Shown here: positions 35,863-49,866 of the stretch, one piece after another | Numbering within the stretch: position 1 is the stretch's first letter | Layout: every line of letters begins with the position of its first letter | NCBI GenBank assembly: GCA_002269645.1 | Contig: NIVC01000090.1 | Span: 1-64,000, forward strand | Length of the DNA: 64,000 bases | Direction: 5' to 3' | Source of the DNA: Macrostomum lignano | Lineage: Eukaryota | Notes under the pieces: generated by a model | Seen by the model: the letters and a program-made list of their open reading frames with translations, nothing else | What the model was told of the DNA's origin: nothing | Database searches by the model: none | Position numbers and translations under genes: made by a program

Positions 35863-38800
35863 ATAGCGGCTCTATAGCTTCACCCGGCCCTAAGATTTTA
35901 ATCTAGACCACAGAAATTAGAATAGCTAGATAGGCCAAATGTAGATGGTCAATGTATTTGAAGACTTGCTTTGTCTGTTTTTATGGTGAAATTTGTAGTT
36001 GTCTATGGCCCAAGGCAAATCGCACAACTGTATAGAATTGATTGCGCGCCTAAATTCTCAAACTATATATGGTTGTTCCAGAGACCCCGCTTGGACCATA
36101 GACTCCTGCAGAGCTCGTTTACTTGTAAAATTCTATTCATGTACATTTTGTGCGAGTCATACATGTAAAAATCTTGTCTATCAGTTCGTTAATGTGATTT
36201 CACCCTGTTGTTGTGGAAACAAGTACAGTACTGTTAACAGCACGTTTAAACAAGCAGTTAATTATAATGTCGTCCTTTCGTTAAGCAGAATTATACATGA
36301 TATTAGCAAAATATTTATGGCTATATATTCATGCACAATTCTCAAATGCTTTTGTTTTACAAATCCACTCATGCCATTCAGAATAAAAATATTTTGCTTC
36401 ATCAACCACATGTTAGCTCAGCTCATGTATTTGTGCTGACATGTACATTGATTAACTCCGGTATGCTCTTGGATCGCTCGACGCTAACTCGCTTAAATTA
36501 TAGATAGCTAGGCATATTTATATGATATTACATGTAAAGTATACTTTTTTAATCGATACATTGTCTTCTCAATCTGATCCTCACCCAACTCATCAATTAT
36601 AGATTGTTTTGTTGATACGGACTAGCTATACTCGTACTGCAAGCTATACCATGCATATCTAAATTTCTTACTATTTTCATTGGTTTTGAATGTAAAAAAA
36701 TACTCAGCAACATTAAAAAGTCGCCATCCTTTGAACCAGTGAGCAGTGTCTTTCGACCAGCGTCTACCACCTTCATGGCCAACGTACCATTTTGATTTTT
36801 TAAAAGCTTAAAAACAATGAAAACCGGGCGGAATTGCTTCAATACATCCATTTCCATCGCCCTCCGCTCTTCCCAAACCCCCGGCCCTCAGCCTCACCCT
36901 GCAGCCCAACGCTGCGTCGCGTGGCGCGAGTTGCGCCACTCAAAAGTCAATTGAGCTAGAATTTACTGCGCAGTTGGCGACTTTGTAACGTAGTTGATTA
37001 TAATATATTTATTGAGCATAGCTATAGCTTCGATACTTTTTCTAGAGTTGCTATATATTTAAATTGTTTATAAAAAAGCCATTTTTATTGAAGGAGCTTT
37101 TTTAAATAGAAGGACGTTACGCTCGCTAATCTGTAATTTTTTGTCGACCGACTATACTACTGCTGGTTCTTTATTTATCGTTTACATGTTTTGTTAAATA
37201 ACTGCATTAACGAACTTCGTGCAAGTATGAGCACATGCATTAATGAATGCGCATATGCTGCACGTTCTTGTACACGAAAATTGCATCCAGTTTACAAGGT
37301 AACATTAACTTGGCAATCCATAAACGCTGCTATTAATAATTAGTAGCTCTTTAGAGAATTTAATTATCAATCTATACCGTTTTCTAGGCAGTTCGTCAAT
37401 TATAGGCTCTTTATCGGTTCGGATCTTCCAAGAAAAAAGCTGTTTAACTATTTAACTTTGTTGAAGGTCTGGCGGCTGTCTGTCTGTCTTAAGAGCCTCA
37501 TTTTGCACAAGTTTTCACTATCTTCTTGACTATTTATGGTCCATTCAATAATTACAACCTTTGTAGCGCGTTTATCTCTCAAGTTTAGGAGACAAAAAGT
37601 TATATTTTACAATTTGGATCTGGTTCTAGGACCTGAAAAACAAGCAATCAAAAAGGCTCAGTGTATTTTAATTCATTTTCTTAAAATTTTATTTCTTAGA
37701 AACTTATTCAAACCACAAGTACTTTGAATTGCCGGGCATGTGCAGGCAGTCAGCTCAGACTTCAAGCTGGCCAGCAAGTTAAGTCGTAAGTAACAACGTG
37801 TAACTGTAGTGCATTGCATCGCATTGCATTCTTACCAGAAATCATAACAGTCATTAGTAATTGTTGTATTGTATGTGATTCCACCATTAACGGTTTTTTA
37901 TGTTACTGTTTATGAATTCGCAAATATAATACAAAGCTAATTACAATTAGCTAAGCTATCACAGCTATCAAAGCCTAGCCTTCATATATACTAGGGCCTA
38001 CCTGGACTAGCTATAATTAATTAATGATTGCCGCGACTCGCTTAGTCAATATGTTTGCTCTTCAGTCTTCAGTAGGCTAGCCTAATTCACTGATAGAGCC
38101 TTTTACTTGCCTACTACTAGTATTATTATACTAGGTAACTAGGACAGGTCCTGGTCCTTTTTCAACTGCTGTTTAGTCCACTAGGCACTGGGTTGACAAG
38201 GAGTGGATAGAATAGAAGTACAAAAGATTTGGTTTTGTGCCAGTAGCTAGAGTGACCAAATTTACTTTGTTAGGAGTATGCAAGTTCACAACAAAAGGCA
38301 AGAGGTCTAACTGCCCCCTCACTTTTATTTTACTATCCTCCTTAACTTAAGCTTATGTAGGCCTAGCTTATGGTTATGCAAAAGTTATGACTAGATGCAA
38401 TGTTTAGGCCTATACTAATAGTGAATTAATATTGTAAGAAGATAAAAGTGAATTAATCTTATGTGGCTATAGTCCAGGATAGAATTCTTGTATTTCTTAA
38501 GTCAAATAGAATTATGTGATTCTTTTATGGTGCACAAAATATTTTTATTGGTTGCATTTTTTATTTTGGTACTTAGCACGTCGCAAAATAACGAAATAAT
38601 GAAAGACAATAACAAAAAATGCATTCTAAGAAAATGTAGTGATTTGAATTTTCGTCCAAATACGTATGTTAGAGAATGTTACGAGTTTCTACTTTTTATA
38701 GATTTTTTTTGAATTTTTACTTTCGTGCCTTATTCAGTTTTTACTTTTTATTCTTTTTTTCTTTGTGATCTTAGCTAGTAGGATTATCTTTTGCAAAATC

Positions 38801-39680
38801 CAATATCTTAAGTGCACTTTTGCATACATTAAGAATTAGTAATTTTGTCTAAAATTCTGCAACGCATTTTTTCTAGATTTTTTGATGCAAAATTGCATTT
38901 TTTTACGCAATCACATAATGCGTTGTGATTTTTCTGCAAGAATTCCATCCAGGGCTATAGTGATTTCACTCCTTTTTTAAGAGAATTGCATTTTGCTATT
39001 TATTATAGCTAAAAATTAATTAAATTGATTTGACAGATTTGTGTAAAAATTTATGATAAAACCAAATGTGCATTATATATGCCAAACCAAATGCATGCCA
39101 AAAATATAGCATGAATAATATCTTCCAGAGTGTGGTTCTTTACCTTTATAATGCAATATAATATTAGCAAATGATTTAAGCCAGTTATTAGGCCTCCCCC
39201 ATCATATATCTTATTGGCCTAAATTATAATATAAATAAATTAAGTGACTAAAGTGACTAAAATATATAAGCTAACTAGGCCTAGCTAAGTAAATTAAAAA
39301 TACAGGTCAATGTTTAAAAATAGGCCTACTAGTACTTAGAAACAAGTGGAAATGTGACATAAGTCTCATAAAGACAATTATTTTCTAATTAGTTTAAGAT
39401 AGAGCCTATCAATATCATAAAACAAAAGTGATACAAATTATTAAAGTTAATTATTAAAGTTATTTTATTTTCCTTATTATAAAATAAAAAAATGTCATAT
39501 AATATTGATGTAAAAAATAGAATCGGCTAGGCCTAGCTTATTTTGCTATAAAAAACTTATTAGTTATATAATATTAGAAGCCAACATTGATCATCTTCAA
39601 TGAATCAATGGGATAAATAAATTATACCACATTCAATTCTGAAGCAAGTTTAGATCCAAAAACCATAGAACATTTTAGAG

Positions 39681-39873
39681 CAGTGGTTCTTAACCTATGG
39701 GTTGCAACCCCCAGTGGGGTTGTGTGACCATTTTCTAGGGGTTGCAGCACTAAGAAATAGTAAATAAATAACTTAATGATATATTATATTGATTAAAAAA
39801 GGGGTTGTGCATATTAAAAAATGATGCATATAAATAAATTCTAGGGTCGCCTAAAAAAGGTTGAGAACCACAG
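39681..39873. mobile_element. hAT (Charlie-type) MITE, 193 bp
   Basis: TIRs CAGTGGTTCTTAACCT / AGGTTGAGAACCACAG. 8-bp TSD TTTTAGAG / TTTTAAAG (7/8). Confidence 0.85.
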
Positions 39874-40644
39874 TTTTAAAGCACATATTAAAATATTTAA
39901 AAAATTCTAAGATCTTTGATTAAAAAAACAAATCAAAATCATAAAAATATATTGAATGATTAAAGCCAAAACACAAAGAGAGAAAAGAAAGAAAGCTAGG
40001 CCCTATATTGCAAAAAAATTCTCTAGTCTATGTATGACTTATATTTTTATGAAAAAACTAAACCCTGTATACTGCATTGACTAAGTGAAATTCAAAATGT
40101 TTTATAATTATATATATATATATATATATACATATATATTATGATCCTAATCCAGCTTTAATTAATATTTTTCTTTTCTTAACTTTTGGACTTGGTATAG
40201 ACTCACACTTAGATATTTGATTTTAATATAGGAAAAAATAAACATTTCTAGTATAAATTAGATTCTAGCCTTTTAATGGTAAACTGGGCCCTATCTAAGA
40301 AATAAAATTTTTAGCTATATTCCAAGGTAAGACAATGCCAAATGGTTTATAGTATTATAATAACATTTTAAGCAATTTTGTGACTTTTAATAGTTGTATA
40401 CTTTTAGATTAAAGATCTATTTATATTTAGGGTAATAAATTAATATAGTTTCACTTTTAATTTAGACCTAAACTAGTTTTTTGTCATAATGCATATTATA
40501 CCTTATAGTATACAGCTTTTAAAATATACCTAGCAATAGTCAAAAGTTCCATCCTCCAATTTAGATAAATTTTCCTTACTGATTGCAAGTGAGGCAAATT
40601 ATAGCACATGCAAAACTTATTGTCACTTGGAGTTTGTCCTAGAT

Positions 40645-40950
40645 AACAATGCGCTGCCACACCAAGACAATGCTAGGCCTATTAGTCAACTAAAAGAACA
40701 GCTATAGCTGCGTACTCTGTGCTGGGCTTCTTGGTCCCCAGACATAAGTCCCATTGAGTGTTGAGCATGTCTGAGACTTCCTAAAATGCAGCATTCAAAA
40801 AGAGAATCCACCACAAAAATGTTATAAAGTTGTATCATGCCATTGAAAATGCTTGGCAGTAGCTTTCCTAGGACTTTTTTATGCTGCCTCATCTAATCAT
40901 CTTGGGGATGCCCTATAAAGTTGCCATATACAGGGGATCCATCACATATT
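40645..40950 (+). mobile_element. Tc1/mariner transposase relic
   Basis: QDNARP (40663-40680) and WASWSPDISPIE (40723-40758) match the Tc1 catalytic-region motifs QDNARPH and WPxxSPDLSPIE. Stops and frameshifts are present. Confidence 0.8.
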
Positions 40951-41368
40951 TTGAAGAATTGCAATTCTAACTGCATATTGCATAAAAAATGATTTTTTTG
41001 TATGACAGATATTTATTATTGACTCAATTAACTCTCCCTTCTTTAGGGGCTGCATAGTTGCATAACTTGAGGGTTAAATTGTGGCTAAGAAGTTGTTACA
41101 ATAAATGAGAAAGTTTTTATCTTACTTATAGGATGGAACTTTTGATAGTTGCTGAGTATATCATTCTCCTATTCTAGGCCTAATCTATATGCCAATTTTA
41201 ATTTAAGTTCTTTATTTTAGTTTAATGATGAGTTTTTGTATTTCATTGGCATATTAAGTTTGACTTGTTAACAATTCTTGGTAGAAGGTTAATTATTAAT
41301 TACTATAACAAATTTCTGCAAACTATAAGCATCAACTGCCATATACTACATTACCTCTATCAAACAAC

Positions 41369-44300
41369 ATGAATCAAGACCCTGGCTTACTATTTGATAG
41401 TATTAACCTCAGTCCTTGCCTTTTTGTTTTGCAAGAATTTCGACAAAAGATAAAAACCCAATCAGCAGACAATTCTAATAGTTTAAATAGCAATAAGGCC
41501 ATTGCAGCTGCTAGTTGGACTTGCTTAGCCACATCTGATCAGGTTGAGCTTGCAGATCTTCTATTGGGTATTGAAGATGGCGAACAGTTTTTGACAGATT
41601 ACTACTGTCTGAGTGATGGTGTTGATGAATCTCTGTTGGATAATGAAATTACCAGGTAAGAATCTGAGTAAGAATATGTGCACTAGGAAAATCGAAAATA
41701 CAATCATGAAATTGGGTGTCATGATGATATAATATGGCATTTAGTCTTTCTTGAGCCTATTAAAGCTTTTGAACATTTAGATACATTTGGTTTTCTGTAA
41801 AAAACGATTTTTCTAGACATTTTTATTCTTTTATTCATCTAAAGAATATGGATCTCTTTTTTTTCACAAAGATTTGAGATCTTTGAGATTAGGAATATTT
41901 TCCTAAAAATATTTGAAATCTTTTCACCTAAAACTTTGATATTTTCCCCAGAGATTTGGGGTATTTTCTCTGAAAGATTTGGGCAATCTTTTCCCACAGA
42001 GATTAGGTAAGTAATCTTTTCTCCTACTTCGTAGTTTCCAAACATACATGCGATGCATATGGCCGGCTGCAGAGATAAATGCCCACGCGAAAATAGACTA
42101 CTAATTAGATGACGAGGCATTTAGCTTAAATAGTACAGTCATAGCTACTCCTACCGTTTACCCATAATCTAGTGTAAATTAGGGGGTTGCACATGCATGT
42201 ACCAAGCATCAGCTTCCAACTAATTTAAACCGCAGGCGACAACATTCTGAACAGGAAGTATTCCGCCGCTCGTTGTTGGATAGTCGCTTATTAGACTATC
42301 GACAAGCATTCGAATACCTGCTTGAAGCAACTGACGCTAGTCTAGGCAGCAGCATATCGTGTAGAGAATTTCAAGTTTCTGACAGTCAATGGTCGCGACT
42401 CACTCTGCCAGATGCTTGGATTCTGCATCGATTATTGTCAATTCCTGGTGTACAGATTGTTGACCGAGAGTCTGGCAGTTCGGTGACTGCCGATCAGCTG
42501 ATTGATAAGAATAGGAGATTTCCGCTTTGCAACAATGTTGCGTCACCGCCAGCTTTGGCCGCCATCTACGATTATATGAGCTCTGCGCTGAACTGCCGCA
42601 ATGTGGCTGCGTTTGCTCGCGTGTTCAATGCACCAGCCAGGGGTCTGAGCCATGCCGTTTTTACTGAACTGCGCAGGCAGGGTCAGGCTAAGGGATTGTC
42701 TCCCTTACAGGTGAGACATTGGACTGAGCTGCCAGCCTATCAGATCCTCCCAGCTTGAATTAGTATCCCAGATCCTTACGTAGCTACTCTCCCAGATGCT
42801 CACGTAGCTACTCTACCAGATGCTCAGGTAGCTACTCTACCAGATGCTCAGGTAGCTACTCTACCAGATGCTCAGGTAGCTACTCTACCAGATGCTCAGG
42901 TAGCTACTCTACCAGATGCTCAGGTAGCTACTCTACCAGATGCTCAGGTAGCTACTGTCCCAGATGCTCACGTAGCTACTGTCCCAGATGCTCAGGTCGC
43001 TATTCTACCAGATGCTCACGTCGCTACTCTACCAGATGCTCACGTCGCTACTCTACCAGATGCTCACGTCGCTACTCTACCAGATGCTCACGTCGCTATT
43101 CTACCAGATGCTCACGTCGCTACTCTACCAGAGGCTCACGTCGCTACTCTACCAGATGCTCACGTCGCTACTCTACCAGAGGCTCACGTAGCTACTGTCC
43201 CAGATGCTCACGTCGCTACTCTACCAGAGGCTCACGTAGCTGCTCTCCCAGATGCTCAAGTGGCTGCTCTCCCAGATCCTCAGTTAGCTACTCTCCCAGA
43301 TACTCAGGTAGCTACTCTACCAGATGCTCACGTAGCTACTGTCCCAGATGCTCACGTCGCTACTCTACCAGATGCTCACGTAGCTACTGTCCCAGATCCT
43401 CAGTTAGCTACTCCCAGATGCTCAAGTAGCTGCTCTCCCAGATGCTCAAGTGGCTGCTCTCCCAGATCCTCAGTTAGCTACTCTCCCAGATACTCAGGTA
43501 GCTAATCTCCCAGATGCTCAAGTAGCTGTTCTCCCAGATCCTGAGGTAGCCACTGTCCTTTGTCCTTTGAGCAAAGCAGCCCTAACCTACTCATTCACCC
43601 AAAACGCAGATCGCGCAGAGCTTCGTAGGCCGCGTGAAGCTCGGCGGCTCTGGCTATGCCCCTGACCCGGCCGATCCGCTGCACGCCCATTCGGAGTCTT
43701 TGTCCGAGCTAGTGAAAACTTTCGGCCGTCTGTGCAACGCGTTGGACGATTGCGACAGCTCCGCCAGCTCCTTTGCTAAGCTGGTTGCTAACCTGTTGTC
43801 AAGGGATTCTAGCGGTAGATTTCCCGCTAGTGAGGTTAGTCTAAATTTTTGTAAAGTCTGTCTGTCGGAAAGGTGAGATTCCTAAGCCCGAAACTATGGG
43901 GTGAGATTCCTAAGCCCGAAACTATGGGGTGAGATTCGTAAGCCCGAAACTATGGGGTGAGATTCCTAAGCCTGAAACTATGGGGTGAGATTCCTAATCC
44001 GGTGTCTTATGGGGTGAGATTCCTAATCCAGTGTCTATGGGGTGAGATTCCTAATCCGGTTTCTACTGGGTGAGATTCCTAATCCGGTGTGTATAGAATG
44101 ATATTCCTAATCCGGTGTGTATAGAATGAGATTCCTAATCCGGTGTGTATAGAATGAGATTCCTAATCCGGTGAGTATAGGGTAAGGTTCCTAATCCGGT
44201 GTGTATAGGGTAAGATTCCTAATCCGGTGTCTACTGGGTGAGATTCCTAATCCGGTTTCTACTGGGTGAGATTCCTAATCCGGTGTGTATAGAATGATAT

Positions 44301-45829
44301 TCCTAATCCGGTGTGTATAGAATGAGATTCCTAATCCGGTGTGTATAGAATGAGATTCCTAATCCGGTGAGTATAGGGTAAGGTTCCTAATCCGGTGTGT
44401 ATAGGGTAAGATTCCTAATCCGGTGTCTACTGGGTAAGATTCCTAATCCGGTGTCTACTGGGTATGATTCCTAATTCGGTGTCTATAGGTTTCTATATTC
44501 GAATATTTTTAGTATATTCTTATACTACTTTCAAAGTGAGTAGTATTGTATCTAATCTATAAATATATTGTTCCAAACGTCGTTAGATCGCCGACGCGTT
44601 GAGCATTGTGTCGAAACTGAAAACCGACTTCGGTGCTACTGTCGACTGTCGATCAGCTGTTCTTCGCTGCGTCGATTTCATCGCCTGCGGTTGCTATCCA
44701 CAACCTCAGGTCGAGTCCCGGCTTTTAGCTTCTCAGAGCCCTTCTCCACGAGGGCGTATCCCCGTTGCCATAGCAACAGCGGCAACGCCGAGGCGAGGCT
44801 ACGCTAGCGCAGGCCTAGTCGATATGTTTCGCAGTCCGAGTCTGCCTTCGCCGAAGACGCCAACGCCCACTAGGAGGCATCGAATGACAGCTGTGGCAGG
44901 CGGCAGGAATGACTCTGACGGGATTGACGGGTCGAAACGGAAGCAGCTGCAAAGGTGAGGAATAATTAGTCTGGTGCTCGGATAGTTTATGGTTGAGATC
45001 CCATGTGTCTCTATTAGGGGTGACATTCTACCCGGTGTTTCATTGATTGAGGTGAGATTCTACCTGGTGTCTCATTGCTTGGGGTGAGATTCTAACCAGT
45101 GTCTCATAGTTAGGGGTGAGATTCTGTCCGGTGTCTCATTATTAGCGGTGAGATTCTACCCAGTGTCTCATTAATTAGGGCTGAGATTCTACCCGGTGTC
45201 TCATTACTTGGGGTGAGATTCTACCCAGTGTCTCATTAATTAGGGCTGAGATTTTACCCGGTGTCTCATTATTTGGGGTGAGATTCTATAGATTATGCAA
45301 AAAATCCCACGCCGCAATCTCCAGGACACCTGTGCTCGCCCCAGCGCCACTCTGGTCCAACCCCGAGAACCGCACAAGCCACCTGTCTCCGGTGGTTCCA
45401 GCTTCTCCCACTCCATTAGCATCGGTTGCTAAGGTAAACAGCGGCCTTAGCAACCAAATCCAGGAGAAGTCGCCAAAACAGCCGCTTACAAGTAGGCTAA
45501 TTAACCGATTAGCCAGGTACGGCTTTGGTGACTCGGCTAGTTCAACGCCAGCTGACAATCAAGCCGATGACAAGCCAAGACGCAGCAGCACAGGCTCAGT
45601 GGCGCCAAGGCAGCGACAGTCAAATACCCGCGCTAACGCCGCCGGCGCCGTCGTTAAGAAACGAAAATCAGATGAGCCAAAGCGCAGCGCCAGTTCAACT
45701 GGTAAAGTCAAAATTAAGAAGAATAGTAGTGGTGCCGCAAAGCAGTCGTCAAGGAATTCTAGCGGCCTTGCTAGCAATAGCGCTGGAGTCAAGAGCCGTC
45801 TTGTGACAGATTTTTTTAAGAAGGCCTAG
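41369..45829 (+). CDS. PARPBP: PCNA-interacting partner PARI / PARP1-binding protein, ~630 aa (exons 41369-41655, 42236-42710, 43610-43834, 44587-44954, 45292-45829)
   Basis: FNAPARGLSHAVFTELRR...|IAQSFVGRVKLGGSGYAPDPADPLHAH matches human LNIPDRGLGREAFTDLKH...VATSFIRTIELGGKGYAPPPSDPLRTH. DMFRSP matches TLFRSP, and the C-terminal PIP-like SRLVTDFFKKA* matches QAKLTQFFRL*. Phases are consistent (1893 nt). The start codon is less certain. Confidence 0.9.
42765..43550. repeat. 24-bp intronic minisatellite (CTACTCTACCAGATGCTCAGGTAG) in PARPBP intron 2
   Basis: Read directly. Confidence 0.95.
43870..44490. repeat. 28-bp intronic minisatellite (GGGGTGAGATTCCTAATCCGGTGT....) in PARPBP intron 3
   Basis: Read directly. 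Confidence 0.93.
45000..45291. repeat. ~32-bp intronic minisatellite (GGGGTGAGATTCTACCCGGTGTCTCATT...) in PARPBP intron 4
   Basis: Read directly. The last unit GGGTGAGATTCTATAG supplies the acceptor. Confidence 0.9.
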
Positions 45830-45854
45830 TCACGATGATTATTTTGGTTTCCAG

Positions 45855-46952
45855 GAACTCCAGAGTCCATTAGTCCCAATTCAGAATCCATTAGTCCCAA
45901 TCCAGACTCCATTAGTCCCAATCCAGGATCTATTAGTCCCAATTCAGAATACATTAGTCCCAATCCAGAGTCCATTAGTCCCAATCCAGAATCCATTAGT
46001 CCCAATCCAGAATCCATTAGTCCCAATCCAGGATCTATTAGTCCCAATCCAGAGTCCATTAGTCCCAATCCAGAATCCATTAGTCCCAATCCAGAATCCA
46101 TTAGTCCCAATCCAGAATCCATTAGTCCCAATCCAGAATCCATTAGTCCCAATCCAGAATCCATTAGTCCCAATACAGAGTCCATTAGTCCCAATCCAGA
46201 ATCCATTAGTCCCAATCCAGACTCCATTAGTCCCAATCCAGAATCCATTAGTCCCAATCCAGAATCCATTAGTCCCAATCCAGAATCCGTTAGTCCCAAT
46301 ACAGAATCCATTAGTCCCAATTCAGACTCCATTAGTCCCAATCCAGGATCTATTAGTCCCAATCCAGAGTCCATTAGTCCCAATTCAGAATCCATTAGTC
46401 CCAATCCAGAGTCCATTAGTCCCAATCCAGAATCCATTAGTCCCAATACAGAATCCATTAGTCCCAATCCAGAGTCCATTAGTCCCAATCCAGAATCCAT
46501 TAGTCCCAATCCAGAATCCATTAGTCCCAATCCAGAATCCGTTAGTCCCAATACAGAATCCATTAGTCCCAATACAGAGTCCATTAGTCCCAATCCAGAA
46601 TCCATTAGTCCCAATCCAGAATCCATTAGTCCCAATCCAGAATCCATTAGTCCCAATCCAGGATCTATTAGTCCCAATCCAGAGTCCATTAGTCCCAATT
46701 CAGAATCCATTAGTCCCAATCCAGAGTCCATTAGTCCCAATCCAGAATCCATTAGTCCCAATCCAGAATCCATTAGTCCCAATCCAGAATCCATCAGTCC
46801 CAATCCAGAATCCATTAGTCCCATTTTAAAATCTATTAGTCCCTGTCCAGAATCCATTAGTCCCATTTTAAAATATATTAGTCCCTGGCCAGAATCCATT
46901 AGTCCCATTTTAAAATCTATTAGTCCCTGTCCAGAATCCATTAGTCCCAATT
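45855..46952. repeat. 21-bp minisatellite (GAATCCATTAGTCCCAATCCA) right after the PARPBP stop
   Basis: Read directly. The 374-aa GLMDSGL ORF is an artefact. Confidence 0.95.
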
Positions 46953-47569
46953 TAGAATCTACATTGTCTGAGAATTTTTTCGGCTAACGAACTGCATCAG
47001 CCTTTGCTTTAATCCTCCAGTCAATTTTAAGGGTTGCATTTACTGATGTACTTTAAAACAATGCAATTTCGTTGCGCGGTCAAAATGCTTTGTAAAAGGC
47101 GCAGCATTTTTTACCCAGTATTTAAGCTCCGTTTGTTTTACCTGTATTACTGGCATACTTTACTCGTATTTATAAATTTTATATGTATTTGTGTACTAAG
47201 TAAAGCAAAGAAAATTCTATTTAGCCCTACTATCAGTAGTAGCAGTAGTAAACTTTTATATCAGACGGTATTTTGTGCAACCGGTATTACGGTATTAAAG
47301 TTTAAAAATAAATTTAATATTTAGAACAAATTTAAAACAGGATTTTTTAAATAAATTACCAATAATTAAGTAGCAAATTATAATACCGTATCAGGTTTTC
47401 AGTTAAGTAATATTTGCGTCCTTAAATCTTAGTCTCGTAATTCTTTGTTATTTTATTAATATATATTTATATTGTATTTTTTACAATTCAAAGCTTTTTT
47501 ACAGTAACATGATTTCAATATTTTAAAAATTGAAATTTGAAATTTGAATTTGAAATTCTATATTGATTC

Positions 47570-47945
47570 GCCAGTGTCATCTATAAATTCGTCACTGTCA
47601 TCTATAGATTCTTACCTGACATCTATAGATTCTTCACTGACATCTATAGATTCTTCACTGTCATCTATAGATTCTTCACTGACATCTATAAATTCGTCAC
47701 TGTCATCTATAGATTCGTCGCTGCTATCTGTAGATTCGTCACTGATATCTGTAGATTTGCCACTGATATCTATAGATTCGCCACTCATCTATAGATTCGT
47801 CACTGACATATACAGATTCGTCATTGTCATCACTGACAGCTCTTTCGGACTTTGCTACTCGTTAATAGATTCGTTATTCTATAGTTGTATAGATTCGTTT
47901 ATTTTATCTAGGGATCTTTCGTCAGTGTCATCTATAGATCTTTCG
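47570..47945. repeat. Degenerate 21-bp repeat (TCACTGTCATCTATAGATTCG)
   Basis: Read directly. Confidence 0.8.
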
Positions 47946-48424
47946 ATTTCAGCAAGAGTTTCTGTCAGTTTTACTAAGAGATTAGCCGGCTGCAGTATAA
48001 TAAAAGAAAGGTAATTTTTTAAATTTGATAATTCCTTATAGAAAAGAAAAGAAAGAGTCCTTGTGAGACCTGCTGCATGAGAATATGCGTCTTAGGACTC
48101 AAAGGACACTAATTAATTTGGACCTTGTGGCTAGAAATGTCATCTTTGATTATGGCGCCGTAGTGCCATTCTGTTTTATACAGTATACTATTACTCCTAC
48201 ACAGTCTTCAGAAGCGATGCCATTGGTTGTTATTGAAATCTGGAGAAATTAATTGAAAGAAATGCCCATATACTAACTTTGTTTGAATTCGTGACTTCTT
48301 TCCTGTCCATAACGAGCTAGCAACCTGAGTCTTCATGTATTTTTCAACCTTTAGTTGTTTATCTAACCTTTGCTGTTTATATTGCTACTTCCCTTTGTTA
48401 GGGTGGCGTATTGGATAAGAGTCT

Positions 48425-49866
48425 GTCAGTCATGGCATCTTAGCAATTCTCTCTGTGAGTCATGGCATCTCAGCAATCTCCCTGTGAGTCATGGCATCTC
48501 AGCAATTCTCCTGTGAGTCATGGCATCTCAGCAATTCTCCCTGTGAGTCATGGCATCTCAGCAATTCTCCCTGTGAGCCATGGCATCTCAGCAATTCTCC
48601 CCGTGAGTCATGGCATCTCAGCAATTCTCCCTGTGAGTCATGGCATCTCAGCAATTCTCCCTGTGAGTCATGGCATCTCAGCAATTCTCCCTGTGAGTCA
48701 TGGCATCTCAGTGATTCTCCCTGTGAGTCATGGCATCTCAGCAATTCTCCCTGTGAGTCATGGCATCTCAGCAATTCTCCCTGTGAGTCATGGCATCTCA
48801 GCAATTCTCCCTGTGAGTCATGGCATCTCAGCAATTCTCCCTGTGAGCCATGGCATCTCAGCAATTCTCCCCGTGAGTCATGGCATCTCAGCAATTCTCC
48901 CTGTGAGTCATGGCATCTCAGCAATTCTCCCTGTGAGTCATGGCATCTCAGCAATTCTCCCCGTGAGTCATGGCATCTCAGCAATCCTCCCCGTGAGTCA
49001 TGGCATCTCAGTGATTCTCCCTGTGAGTCATGGCATCTCAGCATTTCTCCTGTGAGTCATGGCATCTCAGCAATTCTCCCCGTGAGTCATGGCATCTCAG
49101 TGATTCTCCCTGTGAGTCATGGCATCTCAACAATCTCCCTGTGAGTCATGGCATCTTAGCAATTCTCCTGTGAGTCATGGCAACTCAGTGATTCTCCCTG
49201 TGAGTCATGGCATCTCAGCAATTCTCCCTGTGAGTCATGGCATCTCAGCAATTTTCCTGTGAGTCATGGCATCTCAGCAATTCTCCCTGTGAGTCATGGC
49301 ATCTTAGCAATTCTCCTGTGAGTCATGGCATCTCAGTGATTCTCCCTGTGAGCCATGGCATCTCAGCAATTCTCCCTGTGAGTCATGGCATCTCAGCAAT
49401 TCTCCCTGTGAGTCATGGCATCTCAGCAATTCTCCCCGTGAGTCATGGCATCTTAGCAGTTCTCCTGTGAGTCATGGCATCTCAGCAATTCTCCCTGTGA
49501 GTCATGGCATCTCAGCAATTCTCCCTGTGAGTCATGGCATCTCAGCAATTCTCCCTGTGAGTCATGGCATCTCAGTGATTCTCCCTGTGAGTCATGGCAT
49601 CTCAGCAATTCTCCCTGTAAGTCATAGCATCTCAGCAATTCCTTCTGTGAGTCATGGCATCTCAGCAATTCCTTCTGTGAGTCATGGCATCTCAGCAATT
49701 CTCCTGTGAGCCATAGCATCTCAGCAATTCCTTCTGTGAGTCATGGCATGTCAGAAATTCTCCCTGTGAGTCATGGCATCTCAGCAATTCTCCTGTGAGC
49801 CATAGCATCTCAGCAATTCCTTCTGTGAGTCATGGCATGTCAGAAATTCTCCCTGTGAGTCATGGC
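48425..49866. repeat. 30-bp minisatellite (GAGTCATGGCATCTCAGCAATTCTCCCTGT)
   Basis: Read directly. Confidence 0.95.
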
